From the NCBI GenBank assembly GCA_947570215.1, contig CANOTO010000004.1, forward strand, positions 92,522 through 156,521: a stretch of 64,000 bases of DNA, read 5' to 3'. A program made the position numbers and the translations under genes. Shown piece by piece: positions 1 through 8,635 of this stretch. The notes under the pieces were generated by a model. It was not told the DNA's origin. It saw nothing but the letters and a program-made list of their open reading frames with translations, and searched no databases. Source of the stretch: an uncultured Clostridia bacterium. Its GTDB lineage: Bacteria > Bacillota > Clostridia > Christensenellales > CAG-314. Positions within the stretch are counted from its first letter, which is position 1, and each line of letters opens with the position of its first letter.

Positions 1-437
1 CTCTGGGGTTAGCCGGAGTACTGTCGCAGCTTATGGCTATAGTGTTGTTTATGTATATTTCTATGTTGCTGTACATGGTGGTATACTTCAACTTATTTGC
101 CGCGATAGGTTTGACTTTGGCATACGCGTTTATGACATTCTTTACGATATTTACCTTCGAGAAGATTCGCGCGTACAATCAAGACAAGACTTTCTCGTCG
201 TCGTCATACAAAGGATTTTCTGCGACTAACAAAATCAGCTTGATTGCTCATGCGGCGTTATTGGTTTTGGGCATTATATTGTGGGTAATTCCTACGGCAG
301 TAACGGCTCCTATGGGTACTATGCTGGTGTTCGGCGCAGTGTTGTCTTTCATTGCTACGTTCGGTTTGAACAGGCTTTTCGTCAAAATGGTCGAACCGTT
401 TTATGAAACAGCAGGCAAAGCAAACGCGAAAAAATAA
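1..437 (+). CDS. C-terminal part of a SecF/SecDF-type protein-export membrane protein (5' end outside window)
   Basis: Reading frame open from the window edge. Multi-TM hydrophobic sequence with an FEKIR-type loop as in SecD/SecF C-terminal halves. secDF-recJ-relA neighbourhood as in Bacillus. Confidence 0.55.
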   Translation, partial: LGLAGVLSQLMAIVLFMYISMLLYMVVYFNLFAAIGLTLAYAFMTFFTIFTFEKIRAYNQDKTFSSSSYKGFSATNKISLIAHAALLVLGIILWVIPTAVTAPMGTMLVFGAVLSFIATFGLNRLFVKMVEPFYETAGKANAKK

Positions 438-461
438 CAGTAATAACATAATCACGTTTTT

Positions 462-496
462 ACAGCCTTCTATGTACTTAGAAGGCTGTTGTATTT
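462..496 (+). terminator. Intrinsic terminator after the secF-like gene
   Basis: 9-bp stem ACAGCCTTC/GAAGGCTGT (462-470/481-489) followed by a T-rich tail. Confidence 0.55.
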
Positions 497-506
497 ATCG
501 GATACT

Positions 507-2750
507 ATGAAGCAAAGATACGAAAAAAGAGCCTTTCTTAACGAGAGCGACGTTTTATATCTCGTTGAGCAGGGATACAATAGAATTATGGCGGAAGCAC
601 TGTCGGCAAGAGGAGTAACGGAGCAGAATTACAACGTCTTTTTCGGCAATAAACTTTGTTTCCATTCTCCGTTCGACATGGTTAATATGCGCGAAGCCGC
701 GGAAACGATATCATACTTGATAGAAACGGGCGGAAGCGTGCTTATTTACGGCGATTACGATGCGGACGGACTTAGCGCCAGCAGTATACTGTCTTTGTTT
801 TTTACGGATAGCGGAATAGAAAACAACGTTATAATTCCTACCCGCGACGAAGGCTACGGACTGCATGCAGACAAAGTTATACGGGCGTTTAAGCGCAATT
901 ACTACGACTTGGTTATAACGGTGGACTGCGGTATATCCAATGCGGAAGAAGTTGCTAAAATCGTAGAAGAATTAGGTGTAGAAGTGATAGTTACGGATCA
1001 CCATGAACTTCCTGAGGTTTTGCCCGATTGCTTGTGCGTAAACCCGAAATTAGGCTACGATTATCCGTACTTGTCCGGCGCGGGAGTTGCATGGAAGTTA
1101 GTCGAAGCACTTGTCGGACGAGAAGCTGCGACTAAATATTCGGTTTTGGCAGCGATAGGCACAATAGGCGATATAATGCCTATGCAGGACGAAAATCGCA
1201 GTATCGTGAAACTCGGGCTTGCTAATTTCAATCATAAAAATTTGCAAAAATTGGCGGAATTATCCCGTTGTTCGGCTTCTCCGTCGTGCAGCGATTTAGC
1301 CATGAAGATTATTCCTAAAATCAATGCTGCTGGCAGAGTTGGATGTCCCGACGTTGCTTTGAACTTTTTGCTGTGCCGCGACAAGACCGATACCGTGTTG
1401 TGCGAAAAGTTGTTAGAGCTTAATGACGAACGTAAAAAGATTTTCGACGGTATAATAGCCGAGTCGGATGAAATGTGCGACGTCGAAGTAATATATAAAG
1501 AAAAAATGGTATTCCTGTACAGCGAAAAATGGAATCACGGTTTGCTTGGAATAGTAGCTTCGCGTTACAAGGAAAAGTATCAGTTGCCCGCAATTATAAT
1601 GACCCGTGACGGCGACGATTACGTCGGTTCTGCGCGTGGTATAGATTCGGTCGATTTGTTTGAGATTTTTACTTCCTGTAAGGATTATTTAGTAAAATAC
1701 GGCGGACATAAATCTTCCGTCGGTTTTACGGTTGCCGGAGATAAAATATCCGAATTTCGCCAAGCGCTTGTCGATGCATTATCGGCAATAGACAATAGCT
1801 GTTTCGTCAAACGCCGTTATTACGACGTTGAGATTGGGGAAAGTAAAGTAGAAGATGTAATGGCGTTGTCATGTAGGTTAGAGCCTGTTCTTCCGCAGGA
1901 CAAACTAATTTGCAGAATAAAAGACGTTGTAAAATTTGCCAATTCTTTTGGCAAAGATAATTCGCACTTGTCGGCTACGTTATCTTGCGGTTTGGAAGTA
2001 AAGGGTTTTTTCAAATACGGCAGATATGCTCCTTTTATACGAAACGGCGCGAACGTCGACCTTATTTGCACATTGGAAACTGACTCATATACGAAAAAAG
2101 TCTGCGGAATTATTGAAGATTTGACTCTGCTCAATTCCGTCAGGCTGGACGATTATTACAAACTGAATCTGCTTAAAAGCTTTTCGACGGATACGTACGA
2201 GAGCGCGGACGAAAATCAAATTGTCAAAGAACTCGGCTCGGATTCGGCAATAGCGGTGTTTGACGATTACGAAACATTTATCGCGTATCAGGAGCGGTAT
2301 GACTTTTCTCGATACTATGTGGATATATTTTTCGATTCGGGGAATTGCGGCAATACGGTTGTAATTTCGCCGCTTGACGATTACAGCTTCGACCGATACG
2401 AACATATAATTTGTTTCGCAGTGCCTTATAAACGCAGAATGCTGCCGCAAAAAGCAATATATGCTAACGTAACGCCCGCAAACGCCAAATTGTACGACTT
2501 GGAATTGACGCGCGAAATATGTCTGTCGGCGTTTTCCGCATTGAAGCGCAAAGGCAAGTTCGACAGTGTAAAAGGCGTGTTCGATAAGTATCTGTTAAGT
2601 AAAATGTCCTATTCGCAGTATCTGGTAGCGTTGAGAGTTTTTCAAGAATTGAATTTAATAAAAATCGTGGACGATTATACCGTCGAATTCAAGCCTACTG
2701 AAAAGCAGGATTTGGCAAATTCGTCTATTTATCGCTGCTTTCAGCGATAA
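507..2750 (+). CDS. recJ: Single-stranded-DNA-specific exonuclease RecJ (DHH/DHHA1 family)
   Basis: DHH-family motifs DYDADG, DCG and DHH, plus GGHKSS (DHHA1). The ORF-track start at 489 (TTG) lies inside the upstream terminator stem, so ATG 507 is preferred. Confidence 0.85.
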   Translation: MKQRYEKRAFLNESDVLYLVEQGYNRIMAEALSARGVTEQNYNVFFGNKLCFHSPFDMVNMREAAETISYLIETGGSVLIYGDYDADGLSASSILSLFFTDSGIENNVIIPTRDEGYGLHADKVIRAFKRNYYDLVITVDCGISNAEEVAKIVEELGVEVIVTDHHELPEVLPDCLCVNPKLGYDYPYLSGAGVAWKLVEALVGREAATKYSVLAAIGTIGDIMPMQDENRSIVKLGLANFNHKNLQKLAELSRCSASPSCSDLAMKIIPKINAAGRVGCPDVALNFLLCRDKTDTVLCEKLLELNDERKKIFDGIIAESDEMCDVEVIYKEKMVFLYSEKWNHGLLGIVASRYKEKYQLPAIIMTRDGDDYVGSARGIDSVDLFEIFTSCKDYLVKYGGHKSSVGFTVAGDKISEFRQALVDALSAIDNSCFVKRRYYDVEIGESKVEDVMALSCRLEPVLPQDKLICRIKDVVKFANSFGKDNSHLSATLSCGLEVKGFFKYGRYAPFIRNGANVDLICTLETDSYTKKVCGIIEDLTLLNSVRLDDYYKLNLLKSFSTDTYESADENQIVKELGSDSAIAVFDDYETFIAYQERYDFSRYYVDIFFDSGNCGNTVVISPLDDYSFDRYEHIICFAVPYKRRMLPQKAIYANVTPANAKLYDLELTREICLSAFSALKRKGKFDSVKGVFDKYLLSKMSYSQYLVALRVFQELNLIKIVDDYTVEFKPTEKQDLANSSIYRCFQR

Positions 2751-2771
2751 CCGGCAAGTAACGGAGATATT

Positions 2772-4958
2772 ATGAATCTGGAACAGGAAAAAGCAGAAGT
2801 TACAATTAAAAATTTTTTGTCAAAAGTTAAACATTATTATCACGCTCGAGATATCGGACGGATAGAAGATGCGTTTAACGTTGCGAACAAAGCGCACGAA
2901 GGGCAATTCCGCGCCAGCGGCCGTCCGTATATTACACACCCTACGATTGTCGCGGACATTCTTATCGATATGGGATTGGACGTGTCGACGGTGTGCGCGG
3001 CGCTATTGCATGATACGGTAGAAGATACCTACGTAACCGACGGCGATTTACGCAAACAATTCGGCGACGAAATAGCCGACCTTGTCGCCGGAGTTACGAA
3101 GCTGGACAAAATTCAGTTTCATAATAAGGAAGAAGAACAGGCGGAAAATATGCGCAAAATGTTTTTCGCAATGGCAAAGGACGTTAGGGTAATGCTTATT
3201 AAGCTTGCCGACAGGTTGCACAATATGCGTTCGCTAATGTATTTGTCATCGGAAAAGCAGCTGATAATAGCGAAAGAAACTTTGGATATATTTTCTCCCA
3301 TAGCGGGCAGATTAGGTATTTCGTCTATTAAAAGCGAACTGGAAGACTTGTGTTTGAAATATCTGGATAATGAAGCGTACGCGGCAATTTCGCGCGGTAT
3401 AGCGTTGAAAAAGCAGGAGCGCGAAGTAATTGTCGACAGCTTTATCAAGCAGGTAAAGGGCGAACTTAAAGACGGTAATATAGACGACTTCGATATTTAC
3501 GGCAGGACTAAGCATTTTTATTCTATTTATAAAAAGATGAAACGCCAGAACAAAACCTTAGAACAGGTTTACGACCTGACTGCGGTGCGAGTCATTGTAG
3601 ATACCATAAAAGACTGTTATGCCGTTTTGGGAGCCATTCACGCCCGCTGGAAGCCTATGCCGGGGCGTTTCAAGGATTATATTGCCGTTCCTAAGCCCAA
3701 TATGTATCAATCGTTGCATACAACGGTTATTATCGAGTTCGAAAAGCATTCGTATCCTATCGAAGTTCAAATCCGTACTCACGAGATGCACAAGATAGCG
3801 GAATACGGTATTGCTGCGCATTGGAAATACAAGGAAGGCGTTAGCGGTGCGACCGCTATGGACGACAGACTCGGATGGGTAAAGGAAGTGTTGTCCTACG
3901 ACAACGACTTGAGAGACAGCACTGAGTTTTTGGACCTTATCCGTAAGGATATTTCCAATACGAACGAAGTATATGTTTTTACTCCGACGGGCGACGTAAA
4001 GATTATGCAGGCGGGCGCAACGGCGCTGGATTTCGCTTACGCCATTCACAGTCAAGTTGGTAACAAATGCGTAGGTATTAAAGTTAACAATAAAATTGTT
4101 CCTCTTGAAACGGTGTTAAATACCGGCGATACCGTGGAAGTTATGACCAACCCCAACGCAAAGGGACCGTCGCGCGATTGGTTGAAAATTGTAAAGACCG
4201 CTTCCGCGAAATCGAAGATTCGGCAGTTTTTTAAGCGCGAGCTTAAAGACGAATATATTCGTACCGGCAAATCTATGATAGAACGCGACGCCAAGCACCG
4301 CGGAATAGCTCCGTCTGAATTGCTGACTCCCGAAGGCATACAAGCTGTGTGCGACCGCTATATGTGCAACGACGCCGACGAAATATTCGCGGCAGTAGGA
4401 TACGGCAGTATGTCGCTTCAACAGGTTATGTTGAAGCTTATCGCTACCAACAAGGGATTGACGGTAACAAACGTTCAGCAGCCGCGCCGAAGTAATAAAA
4501 GTAGCGGCGGTAAGAAAAATACCGTCATCGTCAAGGGTGTTGAAGATCTTTTAGTTCGTTTTTCGCGCTGTTGTTCGCCTGTGCCCGGGGACGAAATAGT
4601 GGGATATATTTCCCGCGGACGCGGAGTATGCGTGCATCGTGCGGACTGTCCTGCAATTAAGAACTTTGAAAAGGAACGTCTTGTGCATGCGGAATGGTCC
4701 AATATGGACGCAAACGCTACGTTCCCCGTATCAATTGAAATAGTATCGGAAGACAGAGGAGATATATTCGCAGAGATAACAAAAGCTGTCGCTAACGAAA
4801 ATTTACCTATGCTTGCAATTAACGCGCGCAAGGATAAGAAAGGGAATGCAGTCGCCAATATTACGGTAGAAATTACTAACCACGATCAAGCTTTACAGTT
4901 AATAAATAAATTACGCGCAATACCAGCTGTTGTTAACGCTTACCGTACTAAAGGATAA
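2772..4958 (+). CDS. relA: Bifunctional (p)ppGpp synthetase/hydrolase (RelA/SpoT homologue)
   Basis: HD hydrolase motif (HDTVEDT), synthetase core (YRSLHT-like QSLHTTV), and TGS and ACT-like C-terminal regions. 728 aa. Confidence 0.93.
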   Translation: MNLEQEKAEVTIKNFLSKVKHYYHARDIGRIEDAFNVANKAHEGQFRASGRPYITHPTIVADILIDMGLDVSTVCAALLHDTVEDTYVTDGDLRKQFGDEIADLVAGVTKLDKIQFHNKEEEQAENMRKMFFAMAKDVRVMLIKLADRLHNMRSLMYLSSEKQLIIAKETLDIFSPIAGRLGISSIKSELEDLCLKYLDNEAYAAISRGIALKKQEREVIVDSFIKQVKGELKDGNIDDFDIYGRTKHFYSIYKKMKRQNKTLEQVYDLTAVRVIVDTIKDCYAVLGAIHARWKPMPGRFKDYIAVPKPNMYQSLHTTVIIEFEKHSYPIEVQIRTHEMHKIAEYGIAAHWKYKEGVSGATAMDDRLGWVKEVLSYDNDLRDSTEFLDLIRKDISNTNEVYVFTPTGDVKIMQAGATALDFAYAIHSQVGNKCVGIKVNNKIVPLETVLNTGDTVEVMTNPNAKGPSRDWLKIVKTASAKSKIRQFFKRELKDEYIRTGKSMIERDAKHRGIAPSELLTPEGIQAVCDRYMCNDADEIFAAVGYGSMSLQQVMLKLIATNKGLTVTNVQQPRRSNKSSGGKKNTVIVKGVEDLLVRFSRCCSPVPGDEIVGYISRGRGVCVHRADCPAIKNFEKERLVHAEWSNMDANATFPVSIEIVSEDRGDIFAEITKAVANENLPMLAINARKDKKGNAVANITVEITNHDQALQLINKLRAIPAVVNAYRTKG

Positions 4959-4966
4959 CTTTTGCT

Positions 4967-6373
4967 TTGTATATGACTACTATATTTACTAATTTCGAAT
5001 ACGCAACCGAAGTATGCGACGTTGCAAAGCTGTTTTTTTGCGATGCGGCGCTAATCGGCGAGCGCGAAGTGGCGCAAATAACCGTCGTGGAAGAAAAAAC
5101 AGACAGCGTTTACCACTACGTTGTAGAATATAATGGCCATAAGGAAGAATGCTCGTTTAGTCCTGCGGGAAACGAATTGCAAACTGTACGCTTGCGCAAG
5201 CGTTACGCTAAGATTGCGTTGTACAGGGTCTTGTCACGTGTTACGGGCGTTGCTATGCCGTGGGGAAGTCTTACGGGAATCCGTCCTACCAAGTTGGCGC
5301 GTCAATTATCAAAGGAAACGCTCGATTGGAAAAAATCCTTTACGGAACTGTTGGACGTTTCGTATGAGAAAACTGGTTTGGTTGACGAAATTCTTCAAAC
5401 GCAGGGAAGTTTACTTCAAAACATATCTCACGGCGCCGATTTGTATATAGGGATACCGTTTTGCGTGTCTCGATGTAGTTATTGCTCTTTTACAAGCGGA
5501 GAATTAGACCGTTTGAGAAAGTACGTTGAGCCGTATGTAGACGCTCTTTGCGACGATATATCGCAAACGATAGCGTTTGCAAAAGAAAGGGGAATCGTCT
5601 TAAACAATGTATATTTCGGCGGCGGCACGCCTACTTCGCTTTCTGCCGAGCAATTGGACAGAATTATGTCGTATATCGATTTTCTACCCGTCGAATATAC
5701 CGTGGAGGCGGGGCGGCCCGATACGATTGCCGAAGATAAACTTGAAGTTTTCAAAAGGCGCGGTGTGGACAGAATATCTATAAATCCGCAAACCTTCAAT
5801 CAAAGCGTTTTGGATATTATAGGACGCAAGCATACGGTACGGGATATTTACGATAAGTATGCTCTTGCCAAGCAATACGGCTTTGAAGTTAATATGGACT
5901 TGATAGCAGGCTTACCTACGGAAACGTATTCAATGTTTGTGAACAGTATAGACAGAGCGATAGAATTGTCTCCCGACAACATTACTGTGCATACGCTTGC
6001 GTTAAAACGCGGCAGTATATTGAAAGAAAGTAATTATGCCGCAACAGAACAAGACGTGTCGGATATGGTGCGGTACGCCAGAAAAGTTTTGTCCAATAAC
6101 GGATACGCGCCGTATTATATGTACAGACAAAAGTATATGACGGAAAACTTGGAAAACGTTGGTTACTGTAAGAAAAATACCGCTTGTTTATATAATATAG
6201 GTATTATGGAAGAATTAACAAATATTCTCGCGTGCGGAACAAATGCTATATCCAAGCGTATATTTTCAGAAGAAGACCGTATCGAGCGGTCTGCAAATGC
6301 CAAGGATGTTATAACCTACATAGAACGATACAGGGATTACTTGGATAAAAAGTTCGAATTATTTTTAAGATGA
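4967..6373 (+). CDS. hemZ: HemN/HemZ-like radical SAM protein (oxygen-independent coproporphyrinogen dehydrogenase family)
   Basis: Radical SAM CxxxCxxC motif (CVSRCSYCSF) and a HemN-like layout. Start could be ATG 4973. Confidence 0.7.
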   Translation: MYMTTIFTNFEYATEVCDVAKLFFCDAALIGEREVAQITVVEEKTDSVYHYVVEYNGHKEECSFSPAGNELQTVRLRKRYAKIALYRVLSRVTGVAMPWGSLTGIRPTKLARQLSKETLDWKKSFTELLDVSYEKTGLVDEILQTQGSLLQNISHGADLYIGIPFCVSRCSYCSFTSGELDRLRKYVEPYVDALCDDISQTIAFAKERGIVLNNVYFGGGTPTSLSAEQLDRIMSYIDFLPVEYTVEAGRPDTIAEDKLEVFKRRGVDRISINPQTFNQSVLDIIGRKHTVRDIYDKYALAKQYGFEVNMDLIAGLPTETYSMFVNSIDRAIELSPDNITVHTLALKRGSILKESNYAATEQDVSDMVRYARKVLSNNGYAPYYMYRQKYMTENLENVGYCKKNTACLYNIGIMEELTNILACGTNAISKRIFSEEDRIERSANAKDVITYIERYRDYLDKKFELFLR

Positions 6374-7539
6374 TAAGCAAAAAGTCTACGATAAAAAAGT
6401 TAATAGCGTTAGGCGTATTGACGGCGTTGTTTGCGATTTTAACCGTCTTGACTACCAACGTTGCGGTCTGCGAATTTTTTGCCACTACGTTTTCGCGCGC
6501 GTGGATAGCGTTGTTCGGGCGTATTTTCAGCATACTGCCTTTTAGCGCGTACGAGTTGTTTTTGATTGCCGCGATAGTTTTGGCGGTAATTTTTGTGGTG
6601 TATTTGCTTGTTTTTCTGGTCAAAAGGAAGTGGAACCGACTTGTTTCTATGCTTCTTATTACGGGAATAACGGTTTTTGCATTTCTGAACGTTTACACAC
6701 TGTCCGCTTCGTTCGGCTATAACCGCGAAGCGCTGCCGACGGAAATATATACGGAATACAGCTCCGACGATTTAACCTTCGAAGAAGCGGTTACTTTGGC
6801 CGAGCGCATAATAGACGGCGTTAATAAGGCTTATACGTCTACGCAGCACGACGCCGACGGCAATGTTGTATATCCGTATAATGATAAACAATTGTCAGAA
6901 TTACTGACGGCGGAATACGCGAAACTTGATAACCCGTATTTTTCCAAATACACTCCGCCTGCCAAACGGATAATTAACAAAACGATAATGAGCGAGTTGC
7001 ATATAGTGGGCGTTACGTTTGCTCCTTTCGGCGAAGTAAATGTAAACGGCAACGAAAATAATTTGTATCTGCCTCATACTCTTGCGCACGAAATGGCACA
7101 CGCAAAGGGCGTTATGCGCGAGTATCAGGCAGATATAGTGGCTTCATACGTGCTTATAAGCAGCGACAACGATTATCTTCGCTACGGAGCTTTGGCGCAG
7201 TGCTTAGGTTCGGCGTTGAGTATCGTATCGTCCTATCCCGATTCCGCACAAGCGCATTCCGAGCTTAAAGCTAAAATAAATTCCGGAATATACAAGGAGA
7301 TAAACAATTATCATGCTTTTTACGCCAAGTTTTCGCATTTGGACGATTTGGGGCAATGGTTTAACGACTTGTACTTGAAGCTGCAAAAACAGGAAGACGG
7401 TACCGGATCCTACGTAAAGCCGCCGATAACCGAAGGGACGGGCGAGGTGGACGGCTCCGGAAACGAAATAATTTATGTTGTCAGCTTTTCGGGAATGCAA
7501 AACCTTCTTATAAATTTGTACAAGCAGGGCAAGCTGTAA
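6370..7539 (+). CDS. Membrane protein with an HExxH zinc-protease-like motif (DUF3810-like)
   Basis: Three N-terminal TM helices and an HEMAH motif. The start overlaps the hemZ stop (ATGA). Confidence 0.6.
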   Translation: MISKKSTIKKLIALGVLTALFAILTVLTTNVAVCEFFATTFSRAWIALFGRIFSILPFSAYELFLIAAIVLAVIFVVYLLVFLVKRKWNRLVSMLLITGITVFAFLNVYTLSASFGYNREALPTEIYTEYSSDDLTFEEAVTLAERIIDGVNKAYTSTQHDADGNVVYPYNDKQLSELLTAEYAKLDNPYFSKYTPPAKRIINKTIMSELHIVGVTFAPFGEVNVNGNENNLYLPHTLAHEMAHAKGVMREYQADIVASYVLISSDNDYLRYGALAQCLGSALSIVSSYPDSAQAHSELKAKINSGIYKEINNYHAFYAKFSHLDDLGQWFNDLYLKLQKQEDGTGSYVKPPITEGTGEVDGSGNEIIYVVSFSGMQNLLINLYKQGKL

Positions 7540-7593
7540 GCTGTAATCGGTGAAAATTTTTTATGATTATCGGTGAAAATATTGCGAAAATTG

Positions 7594-7622
7594 TTGACAG
7601 TTTTTGCTATGTAAGTTATAAT
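7594..7622 (+). promoter_or_regulatory. Consensus sigma-A promoter of the tRNA array
   Basis: TTGACA (7594-7599), 17-nt spacer, TATAAT (7617-7622). A duplicated ATCGGTGAAAAT motif lies upstream (7544-7580). Confidence 0.65.
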
Positions 7623-7639
7623 GTAAAGGCTGTTGAAGT

Positions 7640-7713
7640 GCGGGTGTAGTTCAATGGTAGAATACCAGCCTTCCAAGCTGGCTGCGTGGGTCCGATTCCC
7701 ATCACCCGCTCCA
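7640..7713 (+). tRNA. tRNA-Gly (anticodon UCC), CCA encoded
   Basis: Acceptor GCGGGTG/CACCCGC, anticodon loop CTTCCAA, T-loop TCCGATT. Confidence 0.9.
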
Positions 7714-7842
7714 TTTAATAATAGCGAGTGGGGGCTGTGAAAGACTGACGCAACGGGAAGCATACGTGGAATCGGACGGTCCGCTAAGCCGAGCGAAGCG
7801 AACGCCATGGAACGAAGTGAAGTATTCCCATCGCCCGCTCCA
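7714..7842. repeat. 129-bp insert ending in a second copy of the tRNA-Gly(UCC) 3' end (relic att-like duplication)
   Basis: ATTCCCATCGCCCGCTCCA (7824-7842) matches ATTCCCATCACCCGCTCCA (7695-7713) at 18 of 19 positions. Confidence 0.6.
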
Positions 7843-7858
7843 AACTACTCGTTTGCCT

Positions 7859-7935
7859 GTGCCTGTAGCTCAGCAGGATAGAGCAACGGCCTTCTAAGCC
7901 GTGTGTCGGGGGTTCGAATCCCTTCAGGCACGCCA
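7859..7935 (+). tRNA. tRNA-Arg (anticodon UCU), CCA encoded
   Basis: Acceptor GTGCCTG/CAGGCAC, anticodon loop CTTCTAA. Confidence 0.85.
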
Positions 7936-7940
7936 ATTAT

Positions 7941-8018
7941 GGTGGGCTTAGCTCAGCTGGTTAGAGTGCCAGATTGTGACTCTGGAGGTCATGGGTTCGA
8001 TTCCCATAGCTCACCCCA
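7941..8018 (+). tRNA. tRNA-His (anticodon GUG) with genome-encoded G-1, CCA encoded
   Basis: Extra 5' G opposite discriminator C, anticodon loop TTGTGAC. Confidence 0.9.
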
Positions 8019-8027
8019 TAATTATAA

Positions 8028-8102
8028 AGGGGTATAGCCAAGCGGTAAGGCATCAGACTTTGACTCTGACACTCGTAGGTTCAAATCCTGCTACCCCTGC
8101 CA
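8028..8102 (+). tRNA. tRNA-Gln (anticodon UUG), CCA encoded
   Basis: Acceptor AGGGGTA/TACCCCT, anticodon loop CTTTGAC. Confidence 0.88.
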
Positions 8103-8107
8103 AGTTT

Positions 8108-8183
8108 GATCCATTAGCTCAGTCGGTAGAGCACATGACTTTTAATCATGGTGTCCCGCGTTCGAATCGCGGATGGATCACCA
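8108..8183 (+). tRNA. tRNA-Lys (anticodon UUU), CCA encoded
   Basis: Acceptor GATCCAT/ATGGATC, anticodon loop CTTTTAA. Confidence 0.9.
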
Positions 8184-8221
8184 TTAGATATATCGGCTGC
8201 AAGCGCAGGCACAATATATAT

Positions 8222-8297
8222 GCATCTTTAGCTCAGTTGGTAGAGCAACTGACTCTTAATCAGTGGGTCCAGGGTTCGAGTCCCTGAAGGTGTACCA
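8222..8297 (+). tRNA. tRNA-Lys (anticodon CUU), CCA encoded
   Basis: Anticodon loop CTCTTAA, T-arm CAGGG-TTCGAGT-CCCTG. Confidence 0.88.
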
Positions 8298-8310
8298 AAC
8301 CAATCGACGT

Positions 8311-8394
8311 GCGGATATGGCGGAATTGGCAGACGCGCTAGACTTAGGATCTAGTGTCTTCGACGTGGGGGTTCAAGTCCCTTTATCCGCACCA
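8311..8394 (+). tRNA. tRNA-Leu (anticodon UAG), long variable arm, CCA encoded
   Basis: Acceptor GCGGATA/TATCCGC, anticodon loop CTTAGGA, 84 nt. Confidence 0.9.
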
Positions 8395-8423
8395 AATTGA
8401 ATATGTGGCAAACTTTACAGTTT

Positions 8424-8498
8424 GCGGGAGTGGCTCAGTGGTAGAGCGCTGCCTTGCCAAGGCAGATATCGCGGGTTCGAATCCCGTCTCCCGCTCCA
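8424..8498 (+). tRNA. tRNA-Gly (anticodon GCC), CCA encoded; integration target of the element
   Basis: Acceptor GCGGGAG/CTCCCGC, anticodon loop TTGCCAA. Its last 25 nt are repeated at 25769-25793. Confidence 0.92.
8474..8498 (+). repeat. attL core (3' end of tRNA-Gly GCC)
   Basis: GGTTCGAATCCCGTCTCCCGCTCCA, identical to 25769-25793. Confidence 0.9.
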
Positions 8499-8502
8499 AT
8501 AA

Positions 8503-8548
8503 ATAGGCATTTTTAGGTAAATTTAACCCGAAAATGCCTATTTTTTTG
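8503..8548 (+). terminator. Element-borne intrinsic terminator now closing the tRNA operon
   Basis: 11-bp stem ATAGGCATTTT/AAAATGCCTAT (8503-8513/8531-8541) followed by a T7 run. Confidence 0.7.
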
Positions 8549-8580
8549 CATTTTGGGGCGGTTTTTAGGTATTTTTAACC
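8510..8580 (+). repeat. Two 19-nt direct repeats next to attL (candidate integrase arm-type sites)
   Basis: TTTTTAGGTAAATTTAACC (8510-8528) and TTTTTAGGTATTTTTAACC (8562-8580) match at 17 of 19 positions. Confidence 0.45.
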
Positions 8581-8635
8581 ACTGTTAAACGTCAAATCGG
8601 GAATTTCGGGGGTACGTTTGGGGGTATTCCATACG

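Noticed and set aside
7714-7858. Possible tmRNA, SRP RNA or intron-containing tRNA, suggested by the GGGGCTG-like 5' end and the tRNA-like 3' end
   Set aside because: About 130 nt is far too short for a tmRNA. No SRP domain IV motif is present, and no D-arm or anticodon arm can be drawn. Only the last 19 nt resemble a tRNA. An att-type duplication is the better explanation.
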